From an uncultured Acidobacteriaceae bacterium (lineage in GTDB: Bacteria > Acidobacteriota > Terriglobia > Terriglobales > Acidobacteriaceae): a stretch of DNA of 64,000 nt. The stretch is from positions 93,014-157,013 of the forward strand of contig CAVSFL010000009.1 in the NCBI GenBank assembly GCA_963727295.1. The letters are read 5' to 3'. Below the pieces are notes generated by a model. That model saw only the letters and a program-made list of their open reading frames with translations, had not been told where the DNA came from and did no database searches. This document shows, piece after piece, positions 35,886 to 45,387 of the stretch (position 1 is the first letter of the stretch; every line of letters begins with the position of its first letter). The translations under genes were made by a program, and so were the position numbers.

Positions 35886-37772
35886 TCACTGCTCGGAGTA
35901 AACCCCTACACAGCCGTTGCCGCTCTGTGTGCCACACGGGCCACCGGCCTGCATGGGCACAAACGCGTGATTCGTAACCGGATCAACCGTGATGCTATGC
36001 GAGTTCGAGTTGGTGGAAACATTCTGCAACCACACCATGTTGATCGCATCAATCACGCCCATCACCGGTCCGTTAGGCATATCGCGCGCGGCCACGTAGT
36101 AGCGGTTATCACCGGGGTTGAACCAGACTTCGTCCACACCGCCGACGTTGGTGATGGTGGTGAGAATCGAGCCGGAGGTCCCGTCAATGATGTATTCGTT
36201 AGGCGGGAATGCCTGGCCATCGTGGTCCGCGCAACCTACCAGGAAATTGTTTCCTGGGCCTTGCACGAGACTGGTCGGCATACAATCCGTCATCACAAAT
36301 GTATTGACGACTACCGGACCGTTCGGGTTTCCAAGCCGGGGATCGATTTCATCCACGGCACCAACGCTGGTGATACCGATGGAGTTGGGATTGGTCAGCA
36401 GCAGGTGACCGGTGTTGGGGTTCCAAACCATACCGCCTAAACCGGCTGGCGATATGGCGCCACTACAGGTCCCTCCTGGAGACGCCTGGCTACAAAACGT
36501 TCCCAGCGCCGTGTCAAGAATGGGTCCGTGATGGCAGGGGATGGTGTAGTTGGCACCGCTGGGAGTTACGCCGACGCCGGGAATACCGGAGTTAACCGAC
36601 CCCGATACGCCGCCGAAAATCGTCGGATTGGATGGATCCGGGCAGGGGAACGAACCGCCCACGGTGTCCACAGGAACGTTCGGATTCAGTCCCATCCCGC
36701 CCGACGCCGTACCGCCTGCGCCGTCATAGTAAATCTGGCCAATGATGCAGGTGGGCGGGTTAAAGGAAGCTCCGGTAGCTGGATTGACCGGGGTGGTCGA
36801 CAAGCCTTGTGAAGGATAAGAACTGGGCAGCGGCGGCGCCGGATAGGGGCCGTAAGGAGACGTCTGATCAACCGGCAGACAGTGCTGCTGCTGCGGCGTG
36901 CCGCTCTTGTTCACGATGTGTGACACGTCGATCAAGGTTACGAAGGGCAAGCCCGGATCGCCGTTGATGACCGCGAGTACCTGATGCACCGGATCATAGG
37001 CCATTTCGTCGGCGCGATCATCGCCGCAGTCGGCACTGGAGCCGGCCTCTCCGTTCCACGACGCAACGCAGGGAGCTATACCCAGCGGACCGTCATAATC
37101 GGCCGACACGCCAGTCGGAATGACGGCCAGGACGTTAGGCGGCGTCGGAGGACTCTTGCTCAGGTCCATGGTGCTCAAATCCCAGACCACGACTGACGAG
37201 CTGCCACTTCCACTAAACAGCACTTGGCCGTTTGGGGTTACCTCTTCTCCATCGGGCCCGGACATCGGGTTTACGCCGTTGCCGCGTGAAGCGCAACACT
37301 GCGCGCCCGGAAATCCGCCGAAGTTGCCGTTGGCACCGAAGCCCGAGGCCAGGTGGAACGGTGCGTTTCGACATCCGAAGCGCGTGAAGTTGCCGTAGGC
37401 GGAGATGAGAGGAGGAATACTGGGATCGCAGGGGCTGGCCTGGTTTCCCGCACCGGTAACCGCGTTGGAGCCCTGCAGTGCGAACACTGCCAGATTCTGG
37501 CTGGTGTCGAGCACCACCACCGCCAGGCCAATGCGATCGGAGATGTAATCCAACCGCGTGGCGGCGTTCTCCCAGCTGATGTCGAACGAGTTGAAGGGAC
37601 CGCCAGGTTCACCGGTCGGGTTGTGCTCCGGCACTGGGATATTCAGGATGTCGGTATAACCCTGACCGTCATTGGTGCTACCGCACGTAGGGCAATTGGG
37701 TGTCCCCCCGCAGCCGCTCAGAATCAGCAATAAGACAGCGAAAGGAATCGTCAGCAAAAATTTCGATCTCAT
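35886..37772 (-). CDS. Lipoprotein with YVTN/beta-propeller-like repeats
   Basis: ATG 37772 is preceded by GGAGGAG. Lipobox LLILSGCGG. Gly/Asn/Pro-rich propeller-like repeats. The porin stop (37814) lies 41 nt upstream. Confidence 0.6.
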   Translation of the reverse strand: MRSKFLLTIPFAVLLLILSGCGGTPNCPTCGSTNDGQGYTDILNIPVPEHNPTGEPGGPFNSFDISWENAATRLDYISDRIGLAVVVLDTSQNLAVFALQGSNAVTGAGNQASPCDPSIPPLISAYGNFTRFGCRNAPFHLASGFGANGNFGGFPGAQCCASRGNGVNPMSGPDGEEVTPNGQVLFSGSGSSSVVVWDLSTMDLSKSPPTPPNVLAVIPTGVSADYDGPLGIAPCVASWNGEAGSSADCGDDRADEMAYDPVHQVLAVINGDPGLPFVTLIDVSHIVNKSGTPQQQHCLPVDQTSPYGPYPAPPLPSSYPSQGLSTTPVNPATGASFNPPTCIIGQIYYDGAGGTASGGMGLNPNVPVDTVGGSFPCPDPSNPTIFGGVSGSVNSGIPGVGVTPSGANYTIPCHHGPILDTALGTFCSQASPGGTCSGAISPAGLGGMVWNPNTGHLLLTNPNSIGITSVGAVDEIDPRLGNPNGPVVVNTFVMTDCMPTSLVQGPGNNFLVGCADHDGQAFPPNEYIIDGTSGSILTTITNVGGVDEVWFNPGDNRYYVAARDMPNGPVMGVIDAINMVWLQNVSTNSNSHSITVDPVTNHAFVPMQAGGPCGTQSGNGCVGVYSEQ

Positions 37773-37813
37773 CGAATCTCCTCCACATTCGCCTTGCACG
37801 CCATGGCGCACGT

Positions 37814-39421
37814 TTAGAAGCGGAACTGAAGTTCTTGCAAAAAGACGACGATATTCTGCGGCTCTTGCCCTGTGACGCTAGGCTCCTTCAGCCGGTCGAC
37901 GTTGATATTGAACTGGTACTTCACCCAATAATTCAGGTACCAGTTGAGACCGATCGTAAATTGGTCGGTGTGGTAGTTGTAGGTTGGTACAAATCCCGGA
38001 GTAAACAGATTCTCCTGATCGGCACCGGGCGCGATGCCTTGAATCGCAGAATAACGGAATCCCACGCCCCAGGCGCCCCAACCATGTTCCTTCCCGCCTT
38101 CGGGTGTGTCCGGACCGAACAACGGACGTTTCACGCGCGGCGTGCCGTTTTCCGGCTGCTTCTCGCCCGTCAGCAGGTAGGTGCTGCTGAGATTCCAGGC
38201 CTTGGCGCCCACACCGGGATAGGTGAAGAAGGCCAAGCCGCCCGGAGTCGAGGAGCCAACGCCGTAGCGCTGATCCTGCAGCTGCACATACTCGCCGCGG
38301 AAGGCGAATCCGCTCTTGAGGTAGGTCGTCTCAGCTTCGTAACGGGTGATGGGTCCGTTGATGGGAAGCTGCGGGAAGAACGCGTACGCCTGATCGGGAA
38401 TGACACCGCTGAAGCTCACGTCCTTGGACAGGCCGCGCGACTCGGCACGAGCCGCCGACCCGCCAAAGGCCCACTCGCGGAACCACTTGCTAGTCGTGTT
38501 TCGCCACGGATACACGCGAACTCGGCCCACCACCTCAGGCTCATTCACCACTGCCGTGGCAACGCCGCCTCTGCCGTTGAACGCGCCGACGAAGTACTGG
38601 AGAGCGCCATGCTTGAAGTCACCGTGGAAGGTGATGCCAGGACTGCGGAAGGCCGTGACGACCGACGGATAGAGCAGCGCCTGCAAGCCGCGCTCGACGA
38701 AGTCGAGGTTGGTGGCGCCGGTCGCCAACTCCTGCGCGAAGGGCTCCTTAAATTGACCTGCCTGAAATTGGAATTCGGGAAAAATCCTGGTGTTGAGGTA
38801 GACGTCGCGGACAATCGCGCCGGATGTGGCGTTGGCGTCAGTCAGAATCGCGAAGTCAAACTTCTTTCCGTAATTGCCCTGGAAGCCGAATCGCGCGCGC
38901 CGCAGGACAAACGTATTCGCGGGCACGGAGTCGCCGGTGTACGCGCGATAATCAACGTCGACGTACCCGTACGGGTTCAGGTTGAATTGTCCGTCGGGAC
39001 TGCGGATGAAGAAGTGTTCACCATTCCATCCGGCAGTAAGCGCCGCGTCTTTCTTGCCCGAGCCGGCCGGTTGCGCCTGCTCGACGATCACCGATTCGCC
39101 GGAAGGATAAGGCTGGACGAGGACGGCGTTGACCAACTGCGGAGTGGCTGCCATCGAAGAGGAGTCGGCCACCAAATGAGTTGTAGCCGCGGCATTTTCG
39201 GGCTGGCCATTCGCATCCACCAGTTTCCCGACCATAGCCTTGAGCTCTTCGATGGTTTTTTGCTGGGCGGCCACCTGATTCCGCAATTCGTTAACTTCAG
39301 ATTCGGTGGCGCTTGCGGAAGTCGATCCGCCGGTTTTGCTCGGGGAACTCTGGGCATAAACGAGCAAACCTGACATTACAAAACTGACCAGAAGTGCGAA
39401 ACACGCTCTTAGTAACCGCAT
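37814..39421 (-). CDS. OprO/OprP-type (phosphate-selective porin O/P family) outer membrane porin with N-terminal coiled coil
   Basis: Signal peptide, coiled coil EVNELRNQVAAQQKTIEELKAMVGKL, alternating beta-strand pattern, and a C-terminal ...LQELQFRF. Confidence 0.75.
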   Translation of the reverse strand: MRLLRACFALLVSFVMSGLLVYAQSSPSKTGGSTSASATESEVNELRNQVAAQQKTIEELKAMVGKLVDANGQPENAAATTHLVADSSSMAATPQLVNAVLVQPYPSGESVIVEQAQPAGSGKKDAALTAGWNGEHFFIRSPDGQFNLNPYGYVDVDYRAYTGDSVPANTFVLRRARFGFQGNYGKKFDFAILTDANATSGAIVRDVYLNTRIFPEFQFQAGQFKEPFAQELATGATNLDFVERGLQALLYPSVVTAFRSPGITFHGDFKHGALQYFVGAFNGRGGVATAVVNEPEVVGRVRVYPWRNTTSKWFREWAFGGSAARAESRGLSKDVSFSGVIPDQAYAFFPQLPINGPITRYEAETTYLKSGFAFRGEYVQLQDQRYGVGSSTPGGLAFFTYPGVGAKAWNLSSTYLLTGEKQPENGTPRVKRPLFGPDTPEGGKEHGWGAWGVGFRYSAIQGIAPGADQENLFTPGFVPTYNYHTDQFTIGLNWYLNYWVKYQFNINVDRLKEPSVTGQEPQNIVVFLQELQFRF

Positions 39422-39993
39422 GTCGTTCCTCTCCCGGGATGATTTGCAAAAACGCCGCTTTTTGTCCCTTTTTCAAGGCAGGCCTGTCCGCCTTGACCTT
39501 CCGAACCGAACTGGTCTGAAGAGTTGACCAGTTGCGGTTTACCACTTCGAAATATCTGTTGTCAAGAAAACTTTGTTCCCGTTACCGGAAAAGGCATCCT
39601 AGTGACGTGATTAGGGCCAGGACGTAATACTGCTACTCCCAAGACGAGAATCGTTAAGTTGCACAATTGCAGAAAATTGTGGGGATGCTACAAAAAGGCT
39701 GTCCTGGAGGGATTTAGGTGGTTCGCCAGCCAGACAGGTCATCCATACCAATGGCAATACGACCCATTTTGGAACGAACCACGGCGGCGGGCCAAAGGAA
39801 GTTGACTCCACATACTCGCCCTGCAATTATGTTTTGTTCTCAAGACAGGCGGTGGAAAACTGGCTCGAATTCGTCAGCGCAACTCGAAAAACTGCCATCG
39901 CATTGCAACACCTTCTGAAATGGCGGTTCCAGAACCGAGGCCAGCCATACACCTCGGCAGCAGAGCACGTAGCGATCGCCATAAGGACAGCGA

Positions 39994-41517
39994 ATGACCC
40001 TGAAGTCAGTAGATACGCTACTGGACGTATTACATTTTGCGGATCGGGCCAAAGCGGCTCACACCGCAGTTGTCATTCCCGAGATTGGAATCAACGTAAG
40101 CTACGATTCGCTGCGTGACCAGGTTTTCGGTCTGGCCGGCGCATTGGCCTCGATTGGTATTGGGCGTGGCGATGCGGTCGGTATCGCCTTACCGAACGGC
40201 CTGCCTGCCATCGTGACCTTTCTGGCTGCCTCGACCGTCGGAACCGCGGCTCCGCTAAACCCTGCGTATCCCTATGAGGAGTTCCTGTTCTTCCTGCGCG
40301 ATACCAACGCCAAAATCCTGCTCTGTCCTCCGGTGGGCTTGGAATTCGCGCGCAGCGCGGCAGCCGACTGCAAAATCCCGGTGTATTCCGTCGAAATGGA
40401 CGACAAGGGCCACGTTCACTTGCATGGGGTGTCCGCTGGAGTTGCTGTCACCGAGCCTACGGCCGACGATATTGCCCTCATCCTGCATACCAGCGGAAGC
40501 ACTGGCCGGCCCAAGCGCGTTCCCTTGCGGCACTTCAATCTCGCCGTCTCGTCGGCCAACATCGCCAATACCTACGCTCTCTCACCGGACGACATTTCGC
40601 TGTGCATCATGCCGCTCTTCCATGTCCATGGCTTGATGGCTTCCACGATGGCGACGCTGGTTTCGGGCGGAACGGTCATCGTCCCAACAAAGTTCAATGC
40701 GCTTTCGTTCTGGCGCACGGTGCGGGATCATCGTGTCACATGGTTCTCGGGCGTGCCTACGATGCATCAGCTTCTGCTCGCGCGCGCTCACCAGAAGCCC
40801 ATCGAGGCGGAAACTCTGCGCTTTATTCGCTCCTGCAGCGCGCCATTGTCGCCGGAACTCATCCAGAAGATCGAAGGACTCTTTGGCGTGCCGTTCGTTG
40901 AAGCGTATGGCATGACCGAAGCTGCTCATCAGATGACCTCGAATCCCTTGCCGCCGCGGCATCGCAAGGCCGGCTCGGTTGGAGTGGGAGCCGGACTACG
41001 CGTCCGCATCATCGACAAGGAAGGGCACGATCTCGGCAATGATCGGCGCGGCGAAGTTGCCATCATGGGCGCCAGTGTTTTTCGCGGCTACGCTGGCAAT
41101 CCCGATGCCAACGCTCGCGCCTTCACCAACAGCTGGTTCCGTACCGGCGACGAGGGCTGGCTCGATTCGGATTGCTATCTGCATCTGAGCGGACGAATCA
41201 AGGACATCATCATCCGCGGCGGTGAGAACATCGCACCGCATGAGGTCGACGAGCTTCTATTGAAGCATCCCGCCGTTGCCGCTGCCGTGACCTTCGGCTT
41301 TGCTCATCCCACTCTCGGCGAAGAAGTCGCTGCGGCTATTGTGCTGCATGAGCCGCACGGCGCCAGCGAAGTGACTCTCATCAAGTATTGCCGCGAACAC
41401 CTGGCGGAGTTCAAGTGCCCCAAGAAGATCTACCTGGTGAAGAGCATTCCCACCACCGCAACCGGAAAGATCCGCCGCCGCGCCGTCGCCAGTGCCCTGA
41501 TGGATAACGAGCAATGA
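39994..41517 (+). CDS. AMP-dependent acyl-CoA synthetase/ligase (oxalyl-CoA-synthetase-like)
   Basis: AMP-binding motif LHTSGSTGRPKRV, then YGMTEA, TGD(E)G and ...GKIRRR. Confidence 0.85.
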   Translation: MTLKSVDTLLDVLHFADRAKAAHTAVVIPEIGINVSYDSLRDQVFGLAGALASIGIGRGDAVGIALPNGLPAIVTFLAASTVGTAAPLNPAYPYEEFLFFLRDTNAKILLCPPVGLEFARSAAADCKIPVYSVEMDDKGHVHLHGVSAGVAVTEPTADDIALILHTSGSTGRPKRVPLRHFNLAVSSANIANTYALSPDDISLCIMPLFHVHGLMASTMATLVSGGTVIVPTKFNALSFWRTVRDHRVTWFSGVPTMHQLLLARAHQKPIEAETLRFIRSCSAPLSPELIQKIEGLFGVPFVEAYGMTEAAHQMTSNPLPPRHRKAGSVGVGAGLRVRIIDKEGHDLGNDRRGEVAIMGASVFRGYAGNPDANARAFTNSWFRTGDEGWLDSDCYLHLSGRIKDIIIRGGENIAPHEVDELLLKHPAVAAAVTFGFAHPTLGEEVAAAIVLHEPHGASEVTLIKYCREHLAEFKCPKKIYLVKSIPTTATGKIRRRAVASALMDNEQ

Positions 41518-42497
41518 AATTCCTGATCGCGGGTGCGGGCGCAATCGGAGCCTACATCGGCGCACGCATGGCGCAAGCGGGCTTCGATGTCACGCTGTTT
41601 GCGCGCGGGCCGCATCTTCGCGCCATGCAGGAGCACGGCGTGCTGGTCAAAACCGCGGAGGGCGATTTCGTCGCGCGGCCCGTTATCGCCGGCTCACTGG
41701 AAGAAGTCGGTCCGGTGGATGTTGTTTTTCTCGGCGTGAAGGCGCATGGCCTGCCGCAGCTCGCGCCTCACCTCAAGCCGGTGTTGGGTCCCGACACGAC
41801 CGTCGTCAGCACGCAGAATGGAATTCCCTGGTGGTACTTCCAAGGCTTCGGCGGCGAGTGGGATGGATTGCGGCTGGAGCGCGTCGATCCCGGCGGCGTG
41901 ATTTCATCGGCCATCGAAGCGCGTCGTGTTGTTGGCTCGATCGTTTACTTCTCTACCGAAATCACTGCGCCCGGCGTGGTTCAGCACATCGAAGGCAACC
42001 GGATTTCTCTGGGCGAGCCTGATGGCTCGCGCTCCGATCGCTGCCGGCGAATCGCCGAGGCGCTCATTGCCTCCGGCTTGCGCGCGCCGATCTCCGCTCG
42101 ACTGCGGCACGAGATCTGGGTCAAGGTCATGGGGAATGCTTCCTTCAATCCCGTCAGCGCACTCACCCGCGCAACGCTGGTGCAGATGGTCCGTGATCCT
42201 GACGTTTGTGCCGTGATCCGCAACATCATGCGGGAAGTCGAGGCGGTTTCAAACAAGTTGGGCATGGAACTGCCCATCTCGATTGACCAGCGAATCGCCG
42301 GCGCGGAAAAGGTCGGCGAGCATAAGACCTCAATGTTGCAGGATCTGGAAGCGGGCCGGCCGATGGAACTGGAAGCGCTGGTGGGAGCCGTTGTCGAACT
42401 CGGCGAGCGCGTCGGCCTGCCGATGTCCTATACGAAAACGGTGTACGCCTGCACCAAGCTGCTGGCGAAGAGTTCCACGTCGCAACAAACCAAATAA
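41514..42497 (+). CDS. 2-dehydropantoate 2-reductase (ApbA/PanE) family oxidoreductase
   Basis: MKFLIAGAGAIGAYIGARMAQAG Rossmann motif, then the C-terminal KTSMLQDLEAGRPMELEAL motif. Its ATG overlaps the ligase TGA (ATGA at 41514-41517). Confidence 0.8.
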   Translation: MKFLIAGAGAIGAYIGARMAQAGFDVTLFARGPHLRAMQEHGVLVKTAEGDFVARPVIAGSLEEVGPVDVVFLGVKAHGLPQLAPHLKPVLGPDTTVVSTQNGIPWWYFQGFGGEWDGLRLERVDPGGVISSAIEARRVVGSIVYFSTEITAPGVVQHIEGNRISLGEPDGSRSDRCRRIAEALIASGLRAPISARLRHEIWVKVMGNASFNPVSALTRATLVQMVRDPDVCAVIRNIMREVEAVSNKLGMELPISIDQRIAGAEKVGEHKTSMLQDLEAGRPMELEALVGAVVELGERVGLPMSYTKTVYACTKLLAKSSTSQQTK

Positions 42498-42566
42498 GAC
42501 CATGAATTGCGGTCGTGTGGCGGACGTAAGCTGCAAAGCCACCCGCAGAAAGCTGTACTGGTGGAT

Positions 42567-44285
42567 TTATTTTCTCGGGAGGTTTCCTGCTGCCTCATAG
42601 CATTGGCGGGCGCGCTCTGAATCTCCTAGATTGCTGTAAATATGTCCCATATTCACGAGCGCCTGCCGCTTGTCTGCGAGAGCCAGGCGCGGCGAGCGCA
42701 CCGCCTGATGATAGTAAACGAGCGCCCGTTGCAGATCGCCCTGTTCATGCTCGTAGAAGGCAAGTGCTAGATCGCCGTACGCGCCTCCAGGATCGAGGCT
42801 CACTGCCCTGGCCAAGTGTTCCGTCGCTTCCGCCCTTCTTCCGTTAGCCATGAGGTCGCCTATGATGCGCAGTTCGATGGCGACGTTGTCAGGCACCGCT
42901 TCTAGAGCGTGAGACCATAACGTGAGGTCGTCGCGCCAGTAATTCGCCTGGCGATAGGTCAACGCGGCAAGTACGGTGAGAATTGCAACGCTTATGCCTG
43001 CGAGCAGCGCGACCGGAAACCGCCTCCTCTCGCTAAACTCCGCTGCGCTCCAGCAGACCAGGAGAAATATCCCACAGAGCGGCTGGTAGGCATAGCGGTC
43101 CGCCATGGCCTGATCGCCAAAATGGACAACACCGCTCATGGGGAACAGGCTGATCAGAAACCAGAACCATCCCACGAGCAGGTACCTCTGACTCTTCGCC
43201 CACAGCACTAGCATAGTGATTGCAAGCAGCAGTACTGCAGCTCCGGCGATCTGCCACACCGGCAGAGTGTTACCCGGATGCGGATAGGTGATACTCAACC
43301 ACTGCGGCCAAAAAGCCTTCCCGATATATCGCACGTAGGCGACTATCGCATTCTCCAGGCGAACGGCGTGGGAATAGGGCCAATGTTCCGGATGGGCTGA
43401 TCCTTGAACCTTAAGTGTCACGGCAGCGTCCAGAATCGCCAATACGAACAGCGGAATCTTCTCCGTCACCAACCCAACGAAGTTTTTCGCCGGCGTTGGC
43501 GCCAATTCGTTGGTTCCCTCGACGACTCCCGATTTGGCAGGAAACATCCGCTGCAAAGGCCAGTAATCCCACAGGAGCAGAACGAGCGGCAGCATGATGA
43601 TCTGCGACTTCGCCATCAACCCGAGCGCATACAGCAGGGCCACCAGGCAGTAACGGCCGCGGCCCGGCTTCACGGAATACCAGCGATAGCAGTCCAGCGT
43701 CAGCAGAAAGAAAATCATGCTGAGCATGGTCTTGAGTTCCGCAACCCAGGCCACGGGCTCAACGTTGAGAGGATGGAGCGCAAATAGCGCTGCCACCATG
43801 TAGCTGCGGCCCAGGAAACCCGTGGCGCGCTTCAGTGTCCAGAACAGGAGCCACGCAGCGAGCGCATGCAGCAATACGTTGACGACGTGATGACCGGCGG
43901 GATTGATGCCAAACAACTGATAATCCGCCGCATGGGCTAGCCAGGTCAGCGGGATCCAGTTCACCATGTTCATCGCGGTAAACGCCCATATCACGGTTGA
44001 CCAATGCAGGCCTTCGTGGATGTGAACATTGTCGACGACATAGAAGTTGTCGTCCGCGGGCATGTACGGATGAGTGTGTACCGGCCAATATACTGCGAGC
44101 GTCGCCACGATCAACGCAAGACTCAGAAGGAGGAAGCGTGCGGGTAAATCCGCCAGTGCGGTGCGGCTATTGGATGAGCCCGTTAACTTCCGCTGAGGGG
44201 CAGCGGTTGCCATGAGGATCACCGGCTCGTGAACGCGGTCGAACCGAATCGGTCGCGCATCCGACTGCTCGCCACGTCTTGGCAA
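42567..44285 (-). CDS. Polytopic membrane protein with C-terminal TPR repeats (GT-C/TMTC-like putative glycosyltransferase)
   Basis: About 10 TM segments, ADDNFYVVDN near the first loop, and C-terminal TPR-like helices (AEATEHLARAVSLDP..., ALVYYHQAV...). The start could be the internal MATAAPQ. Confidence 0.6.
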   Translation of the reverse strand: MPRRGEQSDARPIRFDRVHEPVILMATAAPQRKLTGSSNSRTALADLPARFLLLSLALIVATLAVYWPVHTHPYMPADDNFYVVDNVHIHEGLHWSTVIWAFTAMNMVNWIPLTWLAHAADYQLFGINPAGHHVVNVLLHALAAWLLFWTLKRATGFLGRSYMVAALFALHPLNVEPVAWVAELKTMLSMIFFLLTLDCYRWYSVKPGRGRYCLVALLYALGLMAKSQIIMLPLVLLLWDYWPLQRMFPAKSGVVEGTNELAPTPAKNFVGLVTEKIPLFVLAILDAAVTLKVQGSAHPEHWPYSHAVRLENAIVAYVRYIGKAFWPQWLSITYPHPGNTLPVWQIAGAAVLLLAITMLVLWAKSQRYLLVGWFWFLISLFPMSGVVHFGDQAMADRYAYQPLCGIFLLVCWSAAEFSERRRFPVALLAGISVAILTVLAALTYRQANYWRDDLTLWSHALEAVPDNVAIELRIIGDLMANGRRAEATEHLARAVSLDPGGAYGDLALAFYEHEQGDLQRALVYYHQAVRSPRLALADKRQALVNMGHIYSNLGDSERARQCYEAAGNLPRK

Positions 44286-44543
44286 TTGTACCGCCGTCGA
44301 CTGTCGTAAAAGCGCACAGCTGTCGAAAAAGTTTCGCTAGCGCTCATTTCTCCGCTGGGATCAGGCGAGCAGTGGCTTATCTCGCCTCGATTTGACGCAT
44401 CGCGACAATATTCCTGTAGGTGGATGGGCGGTTCTTGGGTTCTAATTCTTGTCGTAATAAAAAATTCCCGAAATGGGTTGCCGAGGAACAATGAACGCGT
44501 TATAGTGGCTGGCAAGACTGGTCCACTAACCGGACCACATTCC

Positions 44544-45248
44544 ATGGCCGAACCGATTCAATCCGATTTTGAGATCGTTCGACGACAAAAGGTCTACGAA
44601 GCTGTGGCGGAGCAGATCGAACGCCTGATTCTACGAAAGCTGAAACCCGGTGACAAACTGCCCTCGGAGCGCGAGCTAGCGGAAATGCTTCAGGTCAGCC
44701 GCAGCTCCATTCGCGATGCGATTCGCAGCCTCGAGTTGCTGGGCCTGGTGGAACCACGGCAGGGCGCAGGCACCATCGTTTGCGAACCGGTGGATGCGTC
44801 CATGAAGCCGTTTACCGAAGCGCTCAGGCATCGCCGGGCGCTCGTCGGCGAGCTTCTCGATTTTCGCAAGATGCTGGAGCCGGGACTGGCATCGCGCGCC
44901 GCGACCCATGCTTTGCCCGAGCAGATTGCGGTCTTGGAAGAGATTCTGGAGCGGCAGGAAGTCAAATTGTCTACCGGCGAACCGGCGATTGCCGAGGATG
45001 CGGAGTTCCATTACAACATCGCACTGGCGTCGGGCAACACCGTGCTGCTGAAGATTCTCGACTTAATTATCGACTTGCTACGCGACACGCGGCAGCGCGC
45101 TCTGCAGGTGCCTGGCCGGCCGCAGAAATCGCTCGCCGGGCATCGGCGAATTCTCGCGGCCATCAAGAAGCATGACGGCGAAGCGGCAATGGCAGCAATG
45201 CGCCGGCACATTGAAGATATTGAAGAGATCGTTCTGAACGAGTTTTGA
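44544..45248 (+). CDS. GntR-family (FadR/FCD subfamily) transcriptional regulator
   Basis: I moved the start to ATG 44544. wHTH motif KLPSERELAEMLQVSRSSIRDAIRSLELLGLVEPRQGAGTIV, then an FCD-type helical C-domain. Confidence 0.85.
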   Translation: MAEPIQSDFEIVRRQKVYEAVAEQIERLILRKLKPGDKLPSERELAEMLQVSRSSIRDAIRSLELLGLVEPRQGAGTIVCEPVDASMKPFTEALRHRRALVGELLDFRKMLEPGLASRAATHALPEQIAVLEEILERQEVKLSTGEPAIAEDAEFHYNIALASGNTVLLKILDLIIDLLRDTRQRALQVPGRPQKSLAGHRRILAAIKKHDGEAAMAAMRRHIEDIEEIVLNEF

Positions 45249-45254
45249 CCGAGG

Positions 45255-45287
45255 CTGTCGGTTGTGGGGCCGACAGTTCGTTGATTT
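45255..45287 (+). terminator. Probable intrinsic terminator after the gntR-family gene
   Basis: CTGTCGG-ttgtgggg-CCGACAG stem followed by the T-rich TTCGTTGATTT, 7 nt after the stop. Confidence 0.5.
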
Positions 45288-45387
45288 GCAATTCTCTCTG
45301 CTGAAGCTACCGTAATCGCGCCAGACATGGCGTAGCGACTCGAGCGCTAACCAGGCGATCGAGCCGACGGTGCGGGGACCATAAGAA

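Noticed and set aside
39422-39993. The 572-nt non-coding region upstream of the porin could hold a riboswitch or known sRNA.
   Set aside because: I could not recognise any known RNA family signature or a convincing conserved structure by eye. I keep it only as part of the porin-cluster finding, for experimental or Rfam checking.
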